From Pleomorphomonas sp. PLEO (GTDB lineage: Bacteria; Pseudomonadota; Alphaproteobacteria; Rhizobiales; Pleomorphomonadaceae), in assembly GCF_041320595.1 (NCBI RefSeq), contig NZ_CP166625.1, positions 656,660 through 680,659 on the forward strand: a DNA stretch of 24,000 nucleotides. The letters are read 5' to 3'. Of this stretch, positions 1 to 7,666 are shown piece by piece; position 1 is the first letter of the stretch; every line of letters begins with the position of its first letter. The notes below the pieces were generated by a model. It had not been told where the DNA came from, ran no database searches, and was given only the letters and a program-made list of their open reading frames with translations. The position numbers and the translations under genes were made by a program.

Positions 1-190
1 CATCTTCAACTGTGAACGGGTGCGGCACGCGCACCAGCCAGCGCGCTACCTCGATATCACCGAGATAGACCGCCAGCGCTTCGGCATCGTCTTGCTCAAG
101 CGGCCGAAGAACGAGACGACCGGTCTCTATGCGCGGGGAGAGGACCGTGCGCGGTTGCCATGAGCCGAAGGCACCGGAAAGTAACTTCAT
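1..190 (-). CDS. GNAT-family (RimJ/RimL-like) N-acetyltransferase, N-terminal part only; the gene runs off the window start
   Basis: Not in the ORF track. Manual translation of the reverse strand from ATG at 190-188 gives MKLLSGAFGSWQPRTVLSPRIETGRLVLRPLEQDDAEALAVYLGDIEVARWLVRVPHPFTVED with no stop. GAGAGGTGAG RBS lies 6 nt upstream. The N-terminus parallels the neighbouring GNAT (RLILRPPVDDDAEAIARL...VARNLVGMPHPY). Confidence 0.6.
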   Translation of the reverse strand, partial: MKLLSGAFGSWQPRTVLSPRIETGRLVLRPLEQDDAEALAVYLGDIEVARWLVRVPHPFTVED

Positions 191-205
191 TCCGTACTCA
201 CCTCT

Positions 206-360
206 CTAGTGGCCTGGCTCTACCATCCATATCGGCGAAAAGAACCGCCTGAACAGACATAGAAACAAAACCACTAGTACTCACTGTTTCCGGCGGAAGG
301 ATTTGACATTTGAATGGCAACACCAAGGCTGTCCGGATTCAAGTTCAAATTCGCTCCACC
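206..360 (-). repeat. Composite CTAG-ended palindromic intergenic repeat (RIME/REP-like), inverted copy of the element pair at 5648-5816
   Basis: The reverse complement of 297-360 reads GTGGAGCGAATTTGAACTTGA...TCAAATGTCAAATCC. Compare GTGGAGCGAATTTGACATTTGA...TCAAATGTAAAATTC at 5651-5712, which shares the 15-mer GTGGAGCGAATTTGA. A second unit is bounded by CTAGTGG (206-212) and CCACTAG (271-277). Its reverse complement starts CTAGTGGTT, like unit B at 5740. Confidence 0.55.
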
Positions 361-1043
361 GGAGCCTGAAGCTCTGCGCGCCGCTCTTCCCATTCCGCTC
401 TTTCAGCTTCATGGTCGTGGACGCGCAAGGGCTCCCAGGCTCTGATACTCTCCCAGGTGCTGCGATCTATGCGAAAGCGGTCGATGGCCACCGCCGCGCC
501 GCTGCCAACCACCGAGGCCAGCTCCTGCGCCACCATCTGGAACCCGCACTTCTCGATCACCCGTCGCCCGGTCGAGTTTGTCACCCGGCAGGCAAACAGT
601 AATCTGTCATGCCTCTGGTGAAGAAAGGCATAATCAATCGCGGCGTGGCAGGCCTCAGTTGCGAAGCCTTGTCCCCAATGGTGCTCCCCGAGCCAGCAGC
701 CGATCCAGCCAGGCCCGACCCGCCCACGCATATCGAGCGTAAGAACCCCGATCGGGGTCGGCGCCGCGTCGAAGCCCTTACGGCAGATCAGGTGACGCTG
801 ACCGCGCGGGTCGATCGACTCGGCAAGCCAAACGCGTGCGTGCTCGATGCGGTAGGGATGGGGCATGCCCACGAGGTTGCGGGCGACGGTGGCTGAATTG
901 GCGAGCCGGGCGATGGCTTCGGCGTCGTCATCGACCGGCGGCCTAAGAATCAGCCGTCGCGTCTCGATGGCCGGCCTCACCGCCGCCATCAACGGCCAGC
1001 CGCAGGGACTGTCAGGTTCCTCGATCTCGCTTAGTTCGGACAT
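345..1043 (-). CDS. GNAT-family N-acetyltransferase (RimJ/RimL-like), 232 aa
   Basis: ORF track 345..1043. Acetyl-CoA motif-A-like HHWGQGFATEA. RLILRP...DDAEA N-terminus typical of RimJ/RimL-type GNATs. GGAGAG RBS 4 nt upstream of the ATG at 1043. Confidence 0.8.
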   Translation of the reverse strand: MSELSEIEEPDSPCGWPLMAAVRPAIETRRLILRPPVDDDAEAIARLANSATVARNLVGMPHPYRIEHARVWLAESIDPRGQRHLICRKGFDAAPTPIGVLTLDMRGRVGPGWIGCWLGEHHWGQGFATEACHAAIDYAFLHQRHDRLLFACRVTNSTGRRVIEKCGFQMVAQELASVVGSGAAVAIDRFRIDRSTWESIRAWEPLRVHDHEAERAEWEERRAELQAPVERI

Positions 1044-1060
1044 GGGGCTCTCCTAGCGCT

Positions 1061-1099
1061 CCAAATGAAATCAGGGGAAGTGGTGTCCCACTTCCCCTG
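1061..1099 (-). terminator. Rho-independent terminator downstream of rpmA
   Basis: Perfect 12-bp stem CAGGGGAAGTGG (1072-1083) / CCACTTCCCCTG (1088-1099) with a 4-nt loop. On the minus strand it is followed by ATTTCATTTGG. Confidence 0.65.
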
Positions 1100-1172
1100 T
1101 CACATCGCGCGCTTGGATCGCGATCCGCCTGGGTCCGTGGGACACCGGCGGGCCGCGTGAGCTCCATCCGGC

Positions 1173-1448
1173 TTACTCGGCTGCTGCCGCCGTCGTCGTC
1201 GGGACGACCGAGACGTAGACTCGGCCGTTGCTCTTGGTAGCGAAGGACACGTTGCCTTCGGTAAGGGCGAAGATCGTATGATCAACGCCGAGGCCGACGT
1301 TGGCGCCTGGGTGCCATTGGGTACCGCGCTGGCGGATAATGATATTGCCGGGAATGACGGCTTCGCCGCCGAACTTCTTTACGCCAAGGCGTCGGCCGGC
1401 CGTATCACGACCGTTGCGGGACGAGCCGCCTGCTTTTTTATGAGCCAT
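1173..1448 (-). CDS. rpmA: 50S ribosomal protein L27
   Basis: [29 protein letters not shown]...IIRQRGT.WHPG is the canonical L27 sequence. AGGAGA RBS upstream. Confidence 0.97.
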   Translation of the reverse strand: MAHKKAGGSSRNGRDTAGRRLGVKKFGGEAVIPGNIIIRQRGTQWHPGANVGLGVDHTIFALTEGNVSFATKSNGRVYVSVVPTTTAAAAE

Positions 1449-1528
1449 TTCAGTCTCCTGTCTGTCGTATCGTCCTCCGGCGGAGCGGTTCGGCGCTCTA
1501 CACCTTGATGGACGGTTATCTGGTCAGG

Positions 1529-1550
1529 TTCCGGCAGCAGCGTGCCGGAA
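1529..1550 (-). promoter_or_regulatory. Intercistronic hairpin between rplU and rpmA
   Basis: 8-bp perfect stem TTCCGGCA (1529-1536) / TGCCGGAA (1543-1550) with a 6-nt loop, 12 nt downstream of the rplU stop. No U-tract follows, so it is not a clear terminator. Confidence 0.3.
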
Positions 1551-1561
1551 AAGGAATTTCG

Positions 1562-1876
1562 TCAGGCGGCGTTGATCGCGGTGATCTTCACCGTGGTCAG
1601 AAGCTGCCGATGACCGCGCTTGCGCTTGGAATTCTGGCGGCGACGCTTCTTGAAGGAGATCACCTTGGGGCCGCGGGTCTGCTCGACAACTTCGGCGACG
1701 ACGGTGGCACCGGCAACGGTGGGAGCACCGAGGGTAACGCCCGCGTCGGACCCGACGGCCAGCACTTCCTCGAAGGTGACGGCGGCGCCGTCCTCAAGCT
1801 CGATCTTCTCAATGTCGAACACGTCGTCAACGGCAACCTTGTACTGCTTGCCGCCGGTCTTGATTACTGCGAACAT
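1562..1876 (-). CDS. rplU: 50S ribosomal protein L21
   Basis: [14 protein letters not shown]...RKRGHRQ is the canonical L21 sequence. The track ORF starts two codons earlier (MTM..., 1882). MFAVIK at 1876 matches the usual L21 N-terminus. Confidence 0.95.
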   Translation of the reverse strand: MFAVIKTGGKQYKVAVDDVFDIEKIELEDGAAVTFEEVLAVGSDAGVTLGAPTVAGATVVAEVVEQTRGPKVISFKKRRRQNSKRKRGHRQLLTTVKITAINAA

Positions 1877-1941
1877 GGTCATGCCAGTCCTTCTTCAGAT
1901 GGTTTTTGGCCGCGCCGCACCTTTCGGGCGCGCGACTGTTT

Positions 1942-1977
1942 GACAAAACGAAAACACCCGGACAATTGACCGGGCGC
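1942..1977 (-). promoter_or_regulatory. Terminator-like hairpin in the presumed rplU 5' leader (possible attenuator)
   Basis: Minus strand reads GCGCCCGG-TCAATTGT-CCGGGTGT followed by TGTTTTCGTTTTGTC, about 65 nt upstream of the rplU start. A TTGACC-N17-TAGGGA promoter-like pair (2022-1994, minus strand) lies upstream of it. Confidence 0.3.
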
Positions 1978-2115
1978 CCATTCAGCCGCGTTTTCCCTAC
2001 ACGGAAAGCCTTCACCGGTCAACGCCGAAGGGAGCGTTTCTGGCGGTTGCCGGCAGGCAGGCGGCATTCATGTCCCAGTACGTTTCAAAAAACCGGCTCC
2101 ATCGGTTTTGCCCCT

Positions 2116-2144
2116 CTTGCCAGAGGCTTTGGTCGCGGTTATGG
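2116..2144 (+). promoter_or_regulatory. Candidate sigma70-type promoter for tRNA-Ser
   Basis: CTTGCC (2116-2121), 17-nt spacer, TTATGG (2139-2144). It sits about 45 nt upstream of the tRNA 5' end. Motif match only. Confidence 0.25.
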
Positions 2145-2188
2145 TCCGCGCCGCTTTCGACCGGGATCACATCCTAAAAAAGCACCGC

Positions 2189-2278
2189 GGAGAGGTGGCA
2201 GAGTGGTCGATTGCACCGCACTCGAAATGCGGCATACTCGCAAGGGTATCGGGGGTTCAAATCCCTCCCTCTCCGCCA
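2189..2278 (+). tRNA. tRNA-Ser (anticodon CGA), class II with long variable arm, CCA encoded
   Basis: Folded by hand. Acceptor GGAGAGG/CCTCTCC. D arm GCAG-AGTGGTCGA-TTGC. Anticodon stem CCGCA/TGCGG with loop CTCGAAA. Variable arm with ATAC/GTAT stem. T arm GGGGG-TTCAAAT-CCCTC. Discriminator G plus CCA. 90 nt. Confidence 0.93.
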
Positions 2279-2413
2279 TTTTCCCAAATGGATTGTTCTT
2301 CGTGTTCGGTCCGAGCATGCTGGGGCCCGACCGCCGGAAACGGCATTGAGCAAAAAGAATCTGGGAATAGTTTTTATCCAGGTCCGCTCGCATCTTTTTG
2401 GTCGCGGGACCTG

Positions 2414-4375
2414 TCAACCGGGCGCGATTGCGTCTGGAGGGGCCAGCCGATCAAGAGCCGCGGCCGCGTCCAGAGGGCGACAGAACAGATAGCCCTGGCC
2501 TTCCATGCATCCGAGGTGGCGCAACGTGCGCGCCTCCGCTTCTGTTTCTATTCCCTCGGCAACAGCGCAGACGCCCAGTTTGCGCGCCAGGGCAAGGATA
2601 TTTTCGACCACCAATTGATGGCGCGGGCTGCCATCGATGCCGGTGATGAAAGAGCGGTCGATCTTAAGCCGATGCAAGGGCAGCGCCGACACCGACGCCA
2701 GCGAGAAATACCCGGCTCCGAAATCATCGAGTGCAATTCGCACGCCGATATCGGCAAGGCGCGAAAGATCGGCCTCCGCGAGATCAAAGTCCAGAATGGC
2801 TTCCTCGGTTATTTCGATCTCGATCCTTCGGGGATCTATCCCGCGAAGCGTAAGGGCTTCGATGATTGTCCGGGCCGGTGAGGTGCGGCGGAATTCGACG
2901 GGCGAAACATTGACCGCAACAACGGTGGTACCGTCGCCTTTAGCCGACAGACCGTCAACGAAATCGCAGGCCCGCCCGAGCACGTAAGCCGTAAGGCGAT
3001 CGTCGACGTAGGTGTTTTGGGCCGCTGCGACGATTTCCGGTGGCGCCACATTGCCAAGCTCTGGATGGGACCAACGAACAAGGGCTTCATGGCCGAGCGT
3101 CCGCCCGGTTTGAAGGTCGACCTGAGGCTGGAAGACGACGCCGAGCTGTTCGTCCGCGATCGCGTTGGCGATGTCACTTTCGATGCGTTGTTGCCGTTCG
3201 AGCGCCTGCTTGAGCGCGTTGTCGAAAAGGGCCGCCCGGTTCTTTCCTCGGCGCTTGGCGTCGTAGAGCGCGATATCGGCCGAGGCGAACAGCTCGTTCG
3301 GCGAGCGGGCATGCCTTGGAAAAAGCGCGAGTCCAACCGAAGCGCCGACGACGGGATGCCCCCCGACTTCAAATGGTTCTCCGACCTGGGCGATCAAGCT
3401 GTTGGCTAGAGCGGTCGCAACACCAAGCGCATCCGGTCCGGGAACGATGACCGCGAACTCGTCGCCGCCGAGTCGGGCAAGGAACTGCTCCGGCCGGCAC
3501 AACGTGCCGAAACGGACTGCGATGTTGCGCAAGGCCTGATCCCCGGCGGCATGTCCCTGGGTGTCGTTGATGACCTTGAAATTATCGAGGTCGACGATCG
3601 CCAGCGCCATCTCGTCCTCGCCGCCTGTCAAATCGCGAATGCGTCGCTCGAGTTCGTCGTTGAAAGCGGCACGATTGTGCAGCCCTGTGAGAACGTCATG
3701 GGTCGCCAACTGGTGGAGACGCGCATTGGCCGCGGTTATTTCCCGGTTGGCACCGGCAAGCGAACTTGCCATCGAAAGGGCCGACAGGCGAAGGCGCTCG
3801 TTGTCGCAGAATGCCCGGGCGTTGCTGAACGCTTGCCGGGCAAACAACCAGATCAGCAGCAAGATGTCGGCGCCGATGATGCCGGCCGCCCATTTTTCAG
3901 TCGCAAACAGAGCAACAGCCGTCGGCGGCAACGCCGGCAGCATGAACATCAGATTGGCTGGTGCATATGAAAAGTTTTGTGTCAGCGCCGTCGATGTCGT
4001 GCCGACGACAATGAAGGCCGTGAAAGCCAAAGTAGACGCGCTGACATTTCCGATTTCGGCAAGTGGAGCGACTCCCCAAAGGCAGCCTGCGATCAGGCAA
4101 AGGATCCTCAGATCACGCAATGCTTTTCTGGGCGAGTACGTCTCGATGCCCACGGCCCGAATATGCCGGTAGTGAAATATCCGGGCCGCCGATACCGAAA
4201 GCGATACGGCTAGCCAGACAAAAACCCAGGGCGACGTTGTTTCGGGCAGCAATACGCCGACCAGCGCAACTGTCAGCGTTGTATTCGCGCCTATGGTGTT
4301 CGGTGTGCCCTCGATAGAGGAGCGTGCCTGACTGGCATAGATTTCAGCGTCACAGGTTGTATCCGTGTCCCGCAT
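2414..4375 (-). CDS. Membrane-anchored diguanylate cyclase/phosphodiesterase (GGDEF + EAL domains), 653 aa
   Basis: About 190 aa hydrophobic multi-TM N-terminus. GGDEF motif (RLGGDEFAVIV). EAL-domain motifs HEALVRW, DDFGAGYFSL, KIDRSF, EGIETE. Confidence 0.9.
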   Translation of the reverse strand: MRDTDTTCDAEIYASQARSSIEGTPNTIGANTTLTVALVGVLLPETTSPWVFVWLAVSLSVSAARIFHYRHIRAVGIETYSPRKALRDLRILCLIAGCLWGVAPLAEIGNVSASTLAFTAFIVVGTTSTALTQNFSYAPANLMFMLPALPPTAVALFATEKWAAGIIGADILLLIWLFARQAFSNARAFCDNERLRLSALSMASSLAGANREITAANARLHQLATHDVLTGLHNRAAFNDELERRIRDLTGGEDEMALAIVDLDNFKVINDTQGHAAGDQALRNIAVRFGTLCRPEQFLARLGGDEFAVIVPGPDALGVATALANSLIAQVGEPFEVGGHPVVGASVGLALFPRHARSPNELFASADIALYDAKRRGKNRAALFDNALKQALERQQRIESDIANAIADEQLGVVFQPQVDLQTGRTLGHEALVRWSHPELGNVAPPEIVAAAQNTYVDDRLTAYVLGRACDFVDGLSAKGDGTTVVAVNVSPVEFRRTSPARTIIEALTLRGIDPRRIEIEITEEAILDFDLAEADLSRLADIGVRIALDDFGAGYFSLASVSALPLHRLKIDRSFITGIDGSPRHQLVVENILALARKLGVCAVAEGIETEAEARTLRHLGCMEGQGYLFCRPLDAAAALDRLAPPDAIAPG

Positions 4376-4420
4376 GGCCAGCCGACCCCAAGGCGAATGC
4401 CATGGGATCTTTTCTGATAA

Positions 4421-4441
4421 TACTTTCGACAGAGTGAATAT
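4421..4441. promoter_or_regulatory. Perfect palindrome in the divergent GGDEF-EAL / LysR promoter region (candidate operator)
   Basis: AGAGTGAA-TATTT-TTCACTCT: 8-bp perfect arms with a 5-bp AT spacer, inside a 298-bp AT-richer divergent intergenic region. Confidence 0.3.
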
Positions 4442-4673
4442 TTTTCACTCTCGATGTGATCGAAACCTGATTATGTGCTGTCGCTAGAGGTTGCGGATCG
4501 TCATTTTCCGCGGATCGCCAACGCAACTCAGTGTTGTTAAACCCTGCGCGCTTGGTTCCGTTCTCTCTTCAGGCCGCTTTTGCGAGATAACGTATCTATG
4601 GAATCAACTTGGCACGCTTGGTGCTTTCCAATGGCCATAGCTGCTTTGCTCTTCTCAAGGATTGAGCTGTTCC

Positions 4674-5645
4674 ATGGAGCCCGTCAACGGTGCCTTCGAT
4701 GTCCGCCTGATGCGGACACTGCTTCTGCTGGTTACCGAATGCAGCGTGTCGCGCACCGCCGAAATACTCGGCCAGACGCAACCGACTGTCAGTTTGGCGC
4801 TGAAGCGACTGCGCGAATTGATCGGCGATCCGATTTTGGTGCGGTCAGGCGGTGTGCTTGTCCCCACCGAGCGTGGCCTTGAACTCAGAGCGACATTGCA
4901 GCGACTGCTTGTCGACATAGATGCTCTTTTGGCGCCGCCACCCAGTTTCGATCCCGAGCATACCAAGCGGCGTTTCCGTATCGCGGCCGCTAATTGCCTG
5001 GATTCGGCCTTCTTGCCTCGCATCTTCGCCCGGCTTGCCGAAGAGGCGCCGAAAGCGTCCATCGACGTTGCGACGCTTCCGGGACACGACGAACTGATGG
5101 CCCATCTCGCCGATGGTTCGCTCGATCTCGTCGTCGGCAACTGGCCGCGACCACCCGAGCAGTTGCGCCTGGCACCGCTGCTTTCAACGCCGATCAGGTG
5201 TGTCGTCGCCGGCAATCATCGGCTCGCTGGCACCATTGGTCCTCTCAGCATGGATCGGTATCTCGCCGAACGGCATCTGTCGCCGTCGGCCGATGTTATG
5301 AAGCAATATAGCCCGATCGACGGTCGGCTGATGGAACTTGGTCTCAACAGGCATATCGCCGCTTCGGTACCGGAATATGCCATCGTCCCGCATATGCTGG
5401 CCGGGTCCGACCTGATCTTCACCACGGGGGCACCCTTTGCCGAGCAGATGGCCGAGACGGGAAATTTCGCCGTCATCGATGCTCCCGTCGAGTTCGGCTG
5501 CATGGATTTCTATCTGCTCTGGCACGACTGCAAGCACCACTCACCAGCCCATATCTGGTTCCGCCATTTGGTTAAGGCCGCGGTCGCCGATCTGAAGGGC
5601 TCGGCCGACGCGGGATCGCAAATGCTGCGCGTCGCAGCCGAGTGA
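4674..5645 (+). CDS. LysR-family transcriptional regulator, 323 aa
   Basis: N-terminal wHTH FDVRLMRTLLLLVTECSVSRTAEILGQTQPTVSLALKRLRE followed by a LysR substrate-binding-type C-terminus. The ATG at 4674 is preferred over the TTG at 4662, which abuts the AAGGA motif directly. Confidence 0.85.
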   Translation: MEPVNGAFDVRLMRTLLLLVTECSVSRTAEILGQTQPTVSLALKRLRELIGDPILVRSGGVLVPTERGLELRATLQRLLVDIDALLAPPPSFDPEHTKRRFRIAAANCLDSAFLPRIFARLAEEAPKASIDVATLPGHDELMAHLADGSLDLVVGNWPRPPEQLRLAPLLSTPIRCVVAGNHRLAGTIGPLSMDRYLAERHLSPSADVMKQYSPIDGRLMELGLNRHIAASVPEYAIVPHMLAGSDLIFTTGAPFAEQMAETGNFAVIDAPVEFGCMDFYLLWHDCKHHSPAHIWFRHLVKAAVADLKGSADAGSQMLRVAAE

Positions 5646-5647
5646 AG

Positions 5648-5726
5648 CTAGTGGAGCGAATTTGACATTTGAGTCCCGCCTGACATAAAGCTCGCGGTCA
5701 AATGTAAAATTCAAAAGCTCCACTAG
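5648..5726 (+). repeat. Palindromic intergenic repeat unit A (RIME/REP-like)
   Basis: CTAGTGGAGC-GAATTTGACATTTGA (5648-5672) pairs with TCAAATGTAAAATTC-AAAA-GCTCCACTAG (5698-5726). The terminal 10-mers are perfectly complementary. The inner 15-mers have one mismatch. Confidence 0.6.
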
Positions 5727-5739
5727 AAACAATAACTTG

Positions 5740-5816
5740 CTAGTGGTTCTTATGACTCCGACATTTGCTCCGAGGCCGATATCAAGCGGATGCAAATGTC
5801 GGAGTCGAACTACTAG
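5740..5816 (+). repeat. Palindromic intergenic repeat unit B (RIME/REP-like)
   Basis: Perfect 15-bp inverted repeat GACTCCGACATTTGC (5754-5768) / GCAAATGTCGGAGTC (5792-5806), flanked by CTAGTGG (5740-5746) and CTACTAG (5810-5816). It shares the CTAGTGG end and GACATTTG core with unit A. Confidence 0.6.
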
Positions 5817-5817
5817 T

Positions 5818-6306
5818 TCAGCGCTTGTCCCAGAACGACCGATGAAGTTGGGCTGCCTCATCTTCGAGCAGCGGACCGATCACTTCGACGGTCCGTTGGC
5901 CGCTTTCCAGCACTGTCCGGCACGGTAGGTCGAGTGTCGGATTTTCGGGATGATTACCGGTAATCTGTCCGAGCGTATTTTCGGAAAGCCCGTAGACGAT
6001 GCGGCCAATGCCTGCCCAATAGGCAGCCCCAGCGCACATGGCGCAAGGCTCAGCCGAGGAGTAGAGCGTGGCGCCCACAAGCTCGGCCGGACGGAAGCGT
6101 TGCGAGGCGCGCGTTGCCAATACCCGTTCGGCGTGACCCGTCATGTCGTGGTCCGGAAGGTAGGCATTGCCCTGTTCCATCAGCACGGCGCCGTCGCTGC
6201 CAACCAGGATGGCTCCAAACGGATGGCTGCCGTTGGCGACCGCCTCCGCCGCGACGGCAAAGGCCCGGCGGAGATAGGCAGCATGATCAAGGTTGGGAAG
6301 CGGCAT
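5818..6306 (-). CDS. Zinc-dependent nucleoside/nucleobase deaminase (cytidine/deoxycytidylate deaminase fold; guanine/cytosine-deaminase-like), 162 aa
   Basis: HAE (GHAERVL) and PCxxC (EPCAMCAGA) zinc-binding motifs at CDA-fold spacing. The ATG at 6306 is preferred over the TTG at 6321. Substrate cannot be assigned from sequence. Confidence 0.8.
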   Translation of the reverse strand: MPLPNLDHAAYLRRAFAVAAEAVANGSHPFGAILVGSDGAVLMEQGNAYLPDHDMTGHAERVLATRASQRFRPAELVGATLYSSAEPCAMCAGAAYWAGIGRIVYGLSENTLGQITGNHPENPTLDLPCRTVLESGQRTVEVIGPLLEDEAAQLHRSFWDKR

Positions 6307-6499
6307 GGCGGTCCGGAGCAAGCGATAGCATCACCGGTCATCTTAGCTGAGATTTCGCGCCGGCAAAGGCGCTCCATCTTGGCATGTGCCTATAGTGTCT
6401 ATTGTGACCGCCATATGGACGTTGCTCGGCGGGGCAATGCAAACTTCCTCAAAATAAAGGGAACAGGACTGTCTTTCCGCAAGCGAGAGGGGTTTTCAC

Positions 6500-7582
6500 A
6501 TGCAGCGCTTCACACTTAACCGCCGCCAGATGCTAGGGGGGCTCGCGGCCGGCGCAGGGCTTTCGCTTCTTGGCCCGATGGGTCGGGCTTCCGCCGCCGT
6601 GTCTGAGATCGTCTGGGCAACGTGGGATTCCAACGGCCATCCCGAATATGTCGCAGCCTTCGAGAAGGCGACGGGCACCAAGGTGAAGCTATCCTTCCTG
6701 TCGAGCGAGGATGCGCAGTTCGCCGCCCTCAAGACCGGCTCGGCGTCCGACTGGGATATCGTCAATCCCTCGCTGAACGGCGCTTGGCGCTACATCAAGG
6801 CCAAGGTGCTGAAGCCGCTCGATCTTTCCAAGGTTCCCAACCTTGCGCACATGTACGACGTGTTCAAAGCGACCGACAAGGTGAAGGGCGAAGATGGCGC
6901 CACCTATGCCATTCCCTATCTCTGGGGCCTCAATCCGATCGTCTACCGGTCGGACATTCACACCGAAGAGCCAACTTACTCGACGCTGTTCGATCCCAAG
7001 TTCAAGGGCCAGCTCGCCATGCGCGACTACGCCCTCGAATCGATCGCCATCGCCGCCTTGCACATCGGTATTCCGCGTGAGCGCGCCTTCCTGCTGACGT
7101 CGGACGACCTCGCCGAGGTCAAGAAGGCGCTGATCGCGCAGAAGCCATTGCTTCGGACCTACTGGCAAACCATCGGCGACCTCACCAATCTATTCGCCAC
7201 CGGCGAAGTGACGGCTGCCTTCTCCTGGCGCGTCCCCTACGACGCGCTGAAGGACAAGATGAAGGTGGCGATGGCCAAGCCGAAGGCCGGCATCATGGGC
7301 TGGTGCGACTGCTTCGGCATCCCGGCCAACCTGCCGGACGAGAAGCTGGAGATTGCCTACAAGTTCGCCGATTATCTGCTCGGCGCCGATTACGCCTCCA
7401 CCATTGCCGAGATCGGCAACTACGCCACCACGTCGTCGATCATCCGCGACAAGCTGAGCCACGAAAAGCAGGAAGCAATCTTCGTCGATGACCTCTCGGT
7501 CATGCAGAACTTCATGTGGCCGGTGGCGCCGGACAATTATTCGGAGTGGCTGAAGGTCTGGAACGAGGTCAAGGCTGCCTGA
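6500..7582 (+). CDS. ABC transporter periplasmic substrate-binding protein, PotD/PotF (polyamine-type) family, 360 aa
   Basis: Signal peptide with a twin-arginine-like NRRQMLGGLAAGAGLSLLGPMGRASA. Size, composition and operon context (PotA/B/C-like genes follow) fit the family. GAGAGGGG RBS upstream. Confidence 0.8.
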   Translation: MQRFTLNRRQMLGGLAAGAGLSLLGPMGRASAAVSEIVWATWDSNGHPEYVAAFEKATGTKVKLSFLSSEDAQFAALKTGSASDWDIVNPSLNGAWRYIKAKVLKPLDLSKVPNLAHMYDVFKATDKVKGEDGATYAIPYLWGLNPIVYRSDIHTEEPTYSTLFDPKFKGQLAMRDYALESIAIAALHIGIPRERAFLLTSDDLAEVKKALIAQKPLLRTYWQTIGDLTNLFATGEVTAAFSWRVPYDALKDKMKVAMAKPKAGIMGWCDCFGIPANLPDEKLEIAYKFADYLLGADYASTIAEIGNYATTSSIIRDKLSHEKQEAIFVDDLSVMQNFMWPVAPDNYSEWLKVWNEVKAA

Positions 7583-7590
7583 TCCGCTGT

Positions 7591-7633
7591 CCGCACCGCT
7601 CGATCGGAAACCGAACGGTGCGGGATTTGCTTG
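7591..7633 (+). terminator. Intercistronic hairpin after the binding-protein gene (possible partial terminator)
   Basis: CCGCACCG (7591-7598) / CGGTGCGG (7616-7623), an 8-bp stem with a 17-nt loop, followed by GATTTGCTTG. Confidence 0.3.
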
Positions 7634-7666
7634 TCGAGCGAGGTTGGGGGAGACCGCCCGAACTCG

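Noticed and set aside
2279-4375. tRNA-Ser 3' flank as a genomic-island integration site.
   Set aside because: There is no integrase, no phage or plasmid genes, and I found no direct repeat of the tRNA 3' end elsewhere in the window. The adjacent gene is an ordinary GGDEF-EAL signalling protein.
4444-4455. 12-mer ATGTGATCGAAA shared between 4444-4455 and 16917-16928.
   Set aside because: Single 12-nt matches are expected by chance within 24 kb when both strands are considered. The flanks do not align, unlike the CTAGTGG/GACATTTG repeat family.
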